DNA of 64,000 nt, taken from positions 1 through 64,000 of the forward strand of contig NOWV01000164.1 of assembly GCA_003344405.1 (NCBI GenBank). Direction: 5' to 3'. The DNA is from Trichoplax sp. H2. Taxonomy: Eukaryota. Below are positions 1-11,800 of the stretch, piece by piece (positions within the stretch are counted from its first letter, which is position 1; the number at the start of each line of letters is the position of its first letter). The notes below the pieces were generated by a model, which saw only the letters and a program-made list of their open reading frames with translations, did no database searches and was not told the origin of the DNA. Made by a program: the position numbers and the translations under genes.

Positions 1-243
1 CCTAACCCTAACCCTAACCCTAACCCTAACCCTAACCCTAACCCTAACCCTAACCCTAACCCTAACCCTAACCCTAACCCTAACCCTAACCCTAACCCTA
101 TCCCTAACCCTAACCCTAACCCTAACCCTAACCCTAACCCTAACCCTAACCCTAACCCTAACCCTAACCCTAACCCTAACCCTAACCCTAACCCTAACCC
201 TAACCCTAACCCTAACCCTAACCCTAACCCTAACCCTAACCCT
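1..243. repeat. Telomeric repeat array (CCCTAA)n = (TTAGGG)n on minus strand; chromosome end
   Basis: About 40 CCCTAA units from base 1, one variant unit (A>T at 101), abrupt junction to unique sequence at 244. Confidence 0.98.
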
Positions 244-1064
244 GACTACAACTGAAAAATTGAGCTAGAAGCTAATATCATGATACCAAACGACGATACT
301 TGCTCAAATTTCGGAAAGAAAAATAAGCATATGTACTTCTCGTATACAGCATCAAGATAATTCTCTTATGTGTGTAATGATATCTCAGCTAGTTGGACAA
401 TGATTATGGAGATAAAGAAAAGATCTTTATTAAGATGCAGATATACCTAACTAGCAGAGATCAGCTTTAGCATGTAGCCAATATAGAAACGCAACAACTG
501 CGTCAATTACATCTAACAGCCACATACTGTAAGCATAACAATCAAGTGATATATCGTGGTACTTTACTGAATTAGACAAGAGTCATTCATTGAACGAACA
601 TGGCAAGGTGTACTGTATTAGAGATACGTCGAAAATAACGTTCAATTGCTAAAATTCACTGTCATTCCATTCAATTTGACGCGTTATTTGTCTAGTTATT
701 ATAAAGCGACTACTTCACACATAGCTTGATTGCATGATAGCACTGAATAATAGCTAATGTTCTATTCTGTATAATAGATGTAGTACTGAACTGAAGTATA
801 TCATATTATAGTTTGTATTGTTTTACTGTATACTCGTACACAAGGTGCATTCTGCAGTAAACTTAAATTATCAAATGAGTACAGTATTGTGATAACAATA
901 TTGTAAAACGTCAATTCTATTCATAGGAACATCCAACGCATTAGCTGTTTATAATCCTAACACTAAAGCGCGTTTCAAGGCACGGCCATCTGCGTACACT
1001 ATCATTATTAAGAATGATAAAGTAAGTACAGTATGTCGTAGATACGGAACTATTTCGGTTGCAG

Positions 1065-1292
1065 GTAATTGAAAATACAGAGAAAATATCCAAAGAATTC
1101 AATTTTAGAGGCATCTACTTCAATAATGACAACTTACGGTCAAACAAGCTTTTCCTCTTGAATGATGGCGATCTTTCCCACTGCTACATTTACGATACTA
1201 AAAAAACACAATTACAATCACATCTACCAGTTTTCCCCTTCAAAACTTACGACATTCAAAGAAATCTTCAGCAATCTGTAGTTTATAGCGAG
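1065..1292 (+). pseudogene. Possible orphan exon from the beta-propeller region of an Apaf-1-like paralogue
   Basis: Open 76-codon phase-0/0 exon (ttgcag|GTA...GAG|gtataa). Its DLSHCYIYDTKK aligns almost in register with DLNSVIIVDHKK of exon 12892-13089 of the intact gene. Similarity is weak. Confidence 0.35.
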
Positions 1293-3739
1293 GTATAAGC
1301 CTGATAGTGAATACCTACTTAACGACTATTGTCTAATAAAACGTATCAAATCTAAATAAAATGCTTCTGATATCGTTGATTGCTATATTAAACGTGTAAT
1401 CGATTTATGTATATCGGATATTATTGCGTTAGTTAATCTTCTATATGATTAATTAAATTATTTTATAGTGGATTTCGTTACGTTGTTAATCTCTTTTTTG
1501 ATGGAACTTATTTAACTACAATGATAGTTGAATTGTAAGTATTCTTGAATAACTGCTGTAAGAGTCTGTGGTATATTTGATTCCAGGATGGTTTTATATT
1601 AAATTTTTCCAAGTGTTGCTATTAAGCCCTTGAAATCTATGCAGGCTGTATGTGGGCGAAATTAATCCAAACTAGGCAAAATAGTAAGATGCTTTTGTAA
1701 TGTCTAAACAGTTAGAATATGCGAATGAGTGAAATACTGTTAATTTACCATCATTAACCAAATAGTGTGCTATTTGTCCTTCCTTCTTTGTTTCGTTCAA
1801 GTTCTACCTTACATTTAGGTCTACACTTTAATTCAATAATTATCCGATTTCTACCTTTTCAAAACACGGAAATAAAGGCCATTAAGTTATTCAGGCTTGG
1901 TGTGGACGAGATTGATTTAGAAAGGATAAAATATTCAACGTAGCAAGACGCATTTTGTATCTAAACGGCTTGAATCAAAGACATCGTTGGTTAGCTATTA
2001 TAAGGAAATAACATACTTTGGCGTACCCTTATTCCCTTCGAAGTTGTACAGTATTTTACATCTAGCTATATACTGTATGTTAAAGGTTTGTATCGAAATT
2101 AGATTTTATATTTATTTAGAAGGCAGTGAAACAACGTCAGTTATTCACTAATAGCCATGACATATTAGTAACTTACTATTAGTGATTTAGTGAACACGTA
2201 ACGACACATTGCATGCATTGCTCGTATTAACTTTATTACTATAGTACTACGTCAGTCGGAATTTGCTACACGCACGGGCTAATTTTGATGACGACTGCAA
2301 TACCGGTTTTAATGATAAAGTCTATCGCACATGATTATTCATTAATGATTCATTGAGTTTGTTTACTTTGCACTTGTAGTTGTTAGAGTAAAAGAGAGCA
2401 GCCTTCCGGATACAAATACTTACTGTACGGTATACCGCTGTTGTAGTGTATATACTTTTAAATACAGTATAGTCTACTTTAAATAAAAGTCATTTTCTGC
2501 TACTGCATAATTTTATATGCGTATAGTCTATATTTAACAATTTACTTCGTAGAAATCTTTCTACACTCTGGTTGAAATATTGTTACATCGTAGAACTCCG
2601 TACCTTAATAGAAAAGTAAGATATTTTTATTAGTCATTCGCGTTTATAAATAATTTCTTCCTGCAAGGTTCTTACATTATAAAAGACATCTTTATGCAAC
2701 TATCACGTTAGTTAGTTCTGCTAGTTACACGATATGCTCGCTTAGTTTACCTATTTTTATTTATTATAGATATTAGATTGATCACGTCTTTACACACGTT
2801 ACAACCTTGAACACAATTATTCTCCTCACATTACTACAAACAAAGACTACTTTTCATCAAGTTATTCTCTTATCATTTCTTGAAATTATGGCGGGTATAG
2901 AATCATGCGTTACATATGGAGAACTAGCTATAATAAAAAGACTCGACATTTGGTAGGTTATTTATGCTCAATTCCTTCGATAAAATTTTTTTCGATGGCA
3001 GTACTACATTAAGACCATATCGACCCTCATACCGCTCTACTACAATCTACTAAAATTAAGTGTTGAAAACTTGATAATTTATTTACGGTAATAGACGCTT
3101 GAACTTCAAATAAATTTGGTTAAAAGAAATCTGTTGAAGTAATGTGGTGCTTCCTATTATTATAAACATAGCGACAACAATACGGCCATGTATGGCCGGG
3201 TTCGGCTAGTTATAAAATAAAATAATTGCAATAGAATATAGGGGCAATCATGATAATAAGATAATTTGGTATAAGGACGAATTAAGGACTGCTAATTGCC
3301 TCTCAACTGAGTTGAATTCACTTTGTTAACATTATAATGTGATAAAGGATACAATTATAGTCAGTTTATAATAAAATTAATTTTTTTGATATCTTTATTT
3401 GACTGATGATGACTAGGGCTCACCGTTATTATATAGTATAAAAGGATTAACTATTACAGAGTTTGATGTAGAATATTAAGGTCTGTAAGATTGCATGGCT
3501 TATATTGGCAATAAAAGAGAAATAAGATCCTCTCAATACCTCTAACTTTCTCTAACACACTAGATGGAAGTATAAGAAAAAAGTGCTCTATAGTTTGGTA
3601 CGGTCGGTTAATCAGAGACCAAATATTGCCAAATGCTCATATTGGCCCTCTATATTGTGGAATACTGCATGTACAGTATAGAACTAAGAACCTAGTGACT
3701 AAATAGCTATCAAACTTAGAACTGGTAGTATCGCCCTAC

Positions 3740-3954
3740 GATAAAATCCAATCTCGGAAATTCAAAGTGGTAGAAAATTAGAACTTTATTAGAACTTATA
3801 CAAAGATTAGCTGCTCACTACACAGAGTCCTTTCTTGAAGCTTTTCAGTAGTTGTATTCGGCTAGAGTAGAGCTGTGTGTCGCTAATTTTTTGTATTATA
3901 TCTAATAACATTCTAATTTTTTATCAACTTGAATTTTTGTGATCGAATTTTATC
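3740..3954. mobile_element. MITE-like imperfect inverted repeat
   Basis: Left arm gataaaatccaatctcggaaattcaaagtggtagaaaattagaac... (~3740-3812) matches the reverse complement of ~3882-3954; no coding capacity. Confidence 0.5.
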
Positions 3955-4316
3955 TAACACCCGCTAAATTAGACCTCTTTTAATGAGTAACACTTTTTTT
4001 TTCACTGCTATTATACATGATATGATAAAACAGGAATAACTAATGATTATAATAACATCAATATTTAAGAGTATGAAATTTCGTGTGCCCTGTATTTTTA
4101 TTCGACTGAAATACCCTGTTTATTTATTTATTCGACCGAAGAGAATTGATAGAGGGTACCCAGTTTGACTACCAGTGGTCTGTGCCACGATAAGAACGCA
4201 ACTTTTATTGATTAAAGAAACCCACAAATCAAATTTATTGTTAATATAAGTAACACAGCAACCGTGTCGACAGTCAAATTGACTGTTTCCAGCGTCGGTA
4301 CACTACACTATACTGA

Positions 4317-4470
4317 CTTACTGTACTGAGTGCTACTGATCAAGGACTCCTATAAAGGTAATCCTTGTACTGATACAACCACTAAACGAGAATCTTACTG
4401 TACTGAGTGCTACTGATCAAGGACTACTAGAAAGGCACTCCTTGTACTGATACAAACACTAAACGAGAAT
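4317..4470. repeat. Tandem duplication, 2 x 77 bp
   Basis: cttactgtactgagtgctactgatcaaggact...cttgtactgatacaa(c/a)cactaaacgagaat occurs twice in tandem with a few mismatches. Confidence 0.9.
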
Positions 4471-4584
4471 GCACTGATTTGTGACGTTGAACTGAGTAGA
4501 CTGGCCTTTACGGTATGGTCATGGATATCTAAAATTTTTACGGGTAAAAATTTTGAAGTTTGTAACATGATATCAGGGCGTTAT

Positions 4585-5160
4585 TATCATCGACTAACAG
4601 TCGAATTTGAGCGACTTCTCATAAGCTAAATAGCCTCATCATGCTTGCTCTGATCAAAATATACTGTACATTTCCCACATTTTGACAAGACGTAATAATA
4701 TCGACATGATTGTCATCAAGGACTAACAATCCTACTTGAATGATTTTTCATAAATAGAAATAGCCTTTTCATCCATGACCTGATTAAAATTAAATTATTC
4801 CTAAATTGTTTTAATATTGAGATGATTTTTCACCGCAGTCTGATAAATGAATTTTAAGTCACTTCTTGTACATAAATAAAGCATCTACATGTTTACCCTG
4901 ATTAATTATTAAATTTTATTCCTGACCGTAATTTAGCACTAAGAATCGAATTTAGAGCTACATTTCATGCATAGAAATAATCTCCCAGGTTTGGTTGATT
5001 ATAATATCTATTTCCAAAATTGTTATATACAGTATGGTATGCTATAACAATACGTTCGGTATCGTGATGACTTTGATCAACGACTAAAAATTTAACTTTA
5101 AGTAAGTTTTCCACAATATAGAAATAGCGTATTCATTCTTGTCTTGATTAATTATTATGC
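4585..5160. repeat. Degenerate tandem array, ~5 copies of ~100-140 bp
   Basis: Recurrent gactaa...gaattt...cata...aaatagc...tcat...ctgattaa skeleton near 4592, 4721, 4841, 4939 and 5082. Confidence 0.6.
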
Positions 5161-5840
5161 GCGCATTTCCTAAGTTGCTTTAGTTTATAGCAATGCCAGG
5201 ATGGTAATGTATTAAGATTGTGCTTGTAGCATATATTTAGACGACTCTATTACTGTAATTTCATTATTTATTTTTGGTGGCCGTGACGTATATTTATAGT
5301 TTAAAATATACAGTACAATAAGTACATTTTAGCTCAATTTCAAAGCTTGATGAGAGACAGGGTGGACCGGGGAGGCTGAAGTTTAGCATCATTTCTTCCT
5401 AAATATTTTGTAAATGTTACAACACATACCTTGAGTTAAAATGGCTTAATAATGCCTTATAAGCAGAAATGACTGCTTAAATGGAAATATTCTGTGGCAT
5501 GTAAAAATAAACAGCACCAAGAAAAATTTTCTGCAAAAAAGTTTAAGTTGGACCACCTGAGTGGATTATTTTCCATTATTGTTATTAAATAGTGCTATTG
5601 ATTGATGGATTTTAAATCTGATAGGAAGCATCGAAATTTTCGATAAGTAAAATTTCACTTATACTAGAGGGTGACGTTGCAAAATTTTCTGAAATGATCT
5701 CAATTAATTAAGTCAAAAGGACTTCCTACTATACGTGGAATCTGTCAAAATCAGTTAATGATTCTCATACATACCGTGATTTCAAGGAATGGCCAATCTT
5801 TTAATGATAGCTATTAATTCTTTTCTCACCTGGTAATATT

Positions 5841-8800
5841 ATGGAGGCCCCAAATTACGATACAGAACAATCTATCTATAATGAAATTGTGGGAAAAAAT
5901 GCTGAAAATTTGAAGCAATTTTTAACTCAATTTATTACAAGATTTTTAGAAAAGTTAGCTGTTTACTCAATGATAGTAACTGGGGATTTATCGTCAAATC
6001 CTGGAAAAAATTTCAAAAGCTTTCAAAAAATTGTCTTTGATATTATTAGGCCAGCAGCCTCATTATTAGGAACTGAAGTGTCCCTACCTATAAACATTGG
6101 GTTAACCTTAGTAGCGTATACGGCCATGGGAATAAAAAAGAAAATCCAAAAGCAAAAAGCAAAAAGAATTTTAAATACATTGCGTCCAAATAGCAATTTA
6201 ACAGTCTTACTAATATCGATACTTGCTTGCGATACATGTAGAATGTATGAACACCAGATAAATTTGCTTGGCAAAGAAGCTTCTTACGGCAATATAAAAA
6301 TCTTGGCAAACACAATAGTTAAACGAGTGTTAAATTTCATTTCATCGAATGCTGTCTCTGCCCAAAAAGAAACTGATGACACTGAAAACTCTTCTACTAA
6401 TTTAGAGGCAATGGCTAAACAATGGATATATGGTGTATTTGATGGAATATCTAAAACATCCTCCAAAGATGTAACTATTACCATAAATGGAAAACGACAA
6501 AAATTTGCTTGCGGGGATTTATTAACTCAGTTAGGAGTCACCCTAGGTGACATGAAACAAACTGCAAAAGTATACTACTTTGAAGATCAATATAAGGATT
6601 ACATTAAGTTCCTGGGACATCGACGATCATCGTTATTGTTAGATCCAAGGAATATTCGTAAGACTAATAGTGCCTATCTTCCGCTGAGCGAATATAGTGA
6701 AGAGAATTCACATTGTTTAAAATCTGATGAATTAAAAAACTTCTTTTACAACAGCAAAATTACTAGCCTGAAGGACTTTATTGAACTCAAACAATATGCT
6801 AAGAAGATACTTAAACTTGTTTTCTGTGACGATCCAACATACTGCATTAAAGAGTCTCTAAAATCCTTAAAAGATATGACTACAGAATTAGTTAGTAAGG
6901 ATGCCCTTCATAAAGAAATCGAGATAACATTAAAGCAAATGGAACAAAAGCTTCCAAAAGCCATTGAAGAAGCGATACAACTATTTCAAACGGAATTTTT
7001 GAGCATGGATAAACTACTTAGTGAGATGAATGAGCGCTTTAAAACTATCGAGTCCGCGACTAGGCAAATTCATAATACGGTGACCGAAAGCTTGGTTCTT
7101 GCGCAGGAACATCTAAGCTTAACTCGTAGTTTGCACGATCTTGTTGCCACTAATGAAACTCTTTCGGTCGCAAAAAATGGTTGGCGTACCAGTACGTAGG
7201 GAACTATAATTGTTAGTTAATGGATAGCAGTAGGAAATTAGAGAGCACACATACTTTCTTGTTACCGCCCATTTATCAATTTTATTACGTTAGATAATGC
7301 TCATCTGAACTACCTCCAAATATGTATTCAAGTATTTACTAACACGTAACGTAATGTAAATCGCACGATCAAACCTGAGTTGGCAAAATTGCTGGCAAAG
7401 ACCGTAGATAGATCAAAAGTTTAGATAATCTGGGTGTAGTAATGTTTATCAGATGCGCAACGGATCAATATTGGTTCACTCTAGAAATATTTGATAAAGC
7501 GCTAGTACTTCATATCTCGTTATCTGGTAACAATGAAGGCAAAGGTATCCTTGAACCAAAACTTTGTGACTGCATAGTTGTCCTTTTCATTGAGTATCTA
7601 GATCATTAATTGCTAGATCGTAACGTTATAAATTAGGTGCAATACAAAGCTCTCCCAGTAACAATTTCATATTTTTAACGTAATTACTTAGAATTACGGT
7701 AGTTCTATTGTAAGTGCGGCGATTTTAATAGAAAATTTATGCAATTTCCTATTCAGACCTTGTAACAAATTCTTTTATTCTACTTTAATAAGTTGTCAGT
7801 TTTTTTGCCCCTGAAGTTGATTCGTTTCTGTAAATGATAGTAATATTATTGATATTATGCTATACTGCTACTAAATGTATGAATTAATCAATTATAATTA
7901 CAGTTCGAACGCCCTACTTGCGATACTCTACTTTGCGAAAAATGTCTACTGTGTATATATTTTTTGAAATTTCTGTTGCTTGCACGACTTCCAAATGTAA
8001 TAATATAATCACAGAACAATATTATTTCTTTAACTTTGTTGTATTATAAGTCGACTTCCTAATTATACTAGCTATATCCATGCCTTTATGAGTACAAAGT
8101 ACTTTATAAGTAACTTATATTAAACTGTGATGCGTTGACTGACGATAAATCTTTACCTAACGGTAAAGGGTAAATTTATTAATAATTACATGTATCAACT
8201 GAGCTAAACCGCTACATTTAGTTACAGTTTCTTATTTTCATTAGTCTCATATTAATTTAACATTTGTATTTTAATAAAATGTAGTGCGACTCCAAGACAT
8301 GTTCAATATACCTGCATATCCCGTTTGCATCGTAAGAAAGGAGTTTATCGATAAGATCGAAAAAGCTTTACAATGTATTAATGAAAAGGATATTAACATA
8401 TTTGTTTATGGACGCGGTGGTAGTGGCAAAACCGTGGCAGTAAGCCAAACAGTCTTACAGTTTTTAAATTCAGGTGGCGATAAGTATGATGTGGTCTGGA
8501 TAAAAATTGGTGAGTGTTACCGTTTTAAAATGCCAGTAATTTTCAATAAATGCATAGCTAGCTGAGTATGCAGGAGTCAACGTAACTTGGAGAACGTACT
8601 TAGCCTCGATTGCCTATGTTTATAATTGCATAAGTTTCCCTTTAGATATCCAGCAATTTTATTACTCTACAACGTTAATACAGTTTCAGAAATAAAAGTG
8701 TGATAATGATCTTACGAAATTTTTATCACATACAATACAGGTGACGTTGATGACATCGAGCTATTTAATATCCTAAAAAAACTGGCCAACAAACTACAGT

Positions 8801-11800
8801 TACCTACAAATGTAAATTCCGAATGGAATCTAGAAGATCTATGCTCGGCGTTAAGAGTGGGTCTGAAGGCTTTTATACAAAGTAATAAGTGTGTATAAAT
8901 ATTTTAGTTGTCAGCAGTATTCGATACCCTTGTTTTAAAATATTCAGAAATGATTTGAATGCGGATTTCTGTACTAAAATGCATACTTGCTTATTCTACT
9001 TTGAATAAAGCGTGATAAATTTTGAAGTTACAGCTATAACTTTTAATTGATTTCAGATTCATCTGCTAGCCTCCTTAAAGTAATCTTCGTATTTGACGAT
9101 GTATGGGATGAACGATACCTTCGCTATTTCAGCTTCGCAGATAATAGCATAGTCACAACACGCTACAATATACAATCAATCATAAGCGTGAATCAAGTGG
9201 CAATAGCAGCGCCGGTCATTAAAAATAGTGCTACTTTCTCTTCGTAATTACTGCCTAATTAGCTAACAAATCAAAATAATACTTTTTCTTATAGAGCGAA
9301 TTTACTTTGGATGAAGCTATGCAAGTTATACAAACATACCAAAAGGATCTCTCACTGGAATTCATTCAAAACCAGAAACATGTTACTCAAGCCATTGAAA
9401 GCTGTCAGAGATTCCCTCTAGCAGTTGCACTAATGGGGGCTCAAAGAATTCATACCGATGAAGAGTGGAAAAATGTCATCAATAAAATACAAGGGAAGAA
9501 CGTAATTCTTAATCAATTTGGTGATTATGATTTTAATCTTTATGAAACTTTCCAACATAGCATTAATAAATTAACATCAAGAAATAGGGATTTATTCAAG
9601 AAATTAGGGGCTTTTAAAAAAGTTGAAATACCCTTAAATATGATAGCAAAAGTGTTTCATTTATCGCTCGATTCTACTATCAACGTTTTGCAGGAATTTC
9701 AAGAAAGAACCTTGATAAACAAGTGTGATATAAGGACTACTAATACTAGCGCGAGGTAATATGTATTTCGATGGTATCATGTTGTACAATTTGTCAATAT
9801 GATTACTGTAACTCTTTACCTTCCAAAATTCACCTATTTCTTGCTCTAGCATAAGTGGAAGTGAAATAATCTGATTTCATTTATAAAGAATTATAAATTT
9901 TTCTTCTCAGCCCTTATAAATTGACCTCAGACTAAAGAATTTGATTCTAAATTTTTAGCAGTTTACGGTATACTATTCATGATTTGTTGATCGATCATTT
10001 GCAAATACCTCCAGAGGAATATGGTGACAAATCAAAAGATAGATATTTAATGGAATTAAACGAACATCTCATAAGTTCCTGTTGTCCTCAAAATGATAAA
10101 AGTTGGTGTTCATTTGAAGATGACGGCTATTTCTACCAAAATATCGTTGATCATGCTATTTTGGCAAATAACTTTACCGTCTTGGAATCATTGTGTACAA
10201 GCATCGAGTGGCTACAAAACAAACTAATAGCTTGTAATTCAATCTCGGAATTTAAGGAAGATATTCGAAAGTGTTACGAGTATTTAAAGAACAATGATAG
10301 GGTTAATAGCATTGAAATATCGTACTTTTAGGATCGTAGTTCTGTCAAACTATTGCTAATTATCAAAATAACGAAATCACATCGTCTCTAAACTGATTTT
10401 ATCTCGTTCTTTAGAATTCTAGGAAACTTACAGAGTTGTATGGTTTACTTCAGAAATACAGCTCTTATTTACCGGCTCATAAAAGCGATTTTATTCAATT
10501 TGTTTTTTCCACTGTCGATGAAGATAATTGGATTTACAAAGCTACTTTAAAACTTGCGAGAAAAAAAATGAAACAAGAAGATAGTTTTTATGCTAAAGTT
10601 AGGTAAGAAAATCAAATTTAATTAAGATCTTTGGGTAGTATACTACAGTATAATACACAAAACTTTGAAATATTTTACAAAGATAATGTTGTGGTTAATT
10701 ATGCCTAACATGCTGATTTTCGTTAATAAATACGGTAGTTATTCGGAGAACCGAAGGTGTGAAGAGTGGGATAGGTCAATAAGGATAAGCTCTGATTTCC
10801 TCGACACTCTACCAAGATGTTCAAATTCGTTGAATGAAACTTTTAAGATCATATCCAGTGCAAATAACGATTCCTCGAATTCAAAAATAAACGTAATATA
10901 CACTATTTTCAATAATTAAAAGAATTTTGATTAAATATAATTATACAATATCAATTTAGCATCTTGTTAACTATATGCAAAATAATATCTGCTAAATTAG
11001 TCTAAATTAAATATCGTTAGGTGATAGATTATAAAAGCGAGGTGGAGGTCTTCAGTATCACGAAAGAAAATATGTTCATCTCTGAAGTTAGAATTTCTGC
11101 TGATGGAGCGATTGTGGCATTTTCTTATTGCAAAATAGCGGTAAATAATACCTAAGGGTAACAATAAATTAAGCAAAGTTTACTAAGACCTGTTACATTC
11201 TCCATCTGAGATACTTTCATTAACCTTTATATTTATAAATATTAAGATTGAGTCTTTGACTATGTTTATTCTGTGATTAAACTGACAAAAAGTGTAAAAG
11301 TTAATCGTCCATCTCAAACAGAGTGATAACCTATCATTGCGAAATGATATACGGTGGGAAGTCTGGAGTGTTAATCCGAAGTATAAAATTTTGTTTGTAA
11401 AAGCCAGCCGGCAAGTTGTAAAACTAGATTTTTTTGATCTAGCGTTTAATTGTACCAATAGTCATTTATTGGTTACTGTGACAGCCGATAGAAAGCAAAT
11501 ACAGGTTAGATATTTCCGTGAAAGATGATTAAAACATAAAATTTTATCGGTGTTATAAGAATATTATCTAATATCTGTATGTCAAGATAAAATCATGCTA
11601 AGTCTTACGATATCTCATAGCTTCCTTATGTGATTATTCTAGCTATGGAAAGTTTTTAAAGATAAATTACTACTATCCAAATCCTCAATAATACACGAAT
11701 ACGAAATCAATGGATGTTCCTTTGCAAATAATGGCCTTCGGTTAATTTCTTGGAGTAAAACATCTGATCATACGTTTTTACCGATGCGGTCGGATTGCTC

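Noticed and set aside
244-5840. Telomere-associated retrotransposon or helicase element
   Set aside because: No long ORF or RT, endonuclease or helicase motifs visible.
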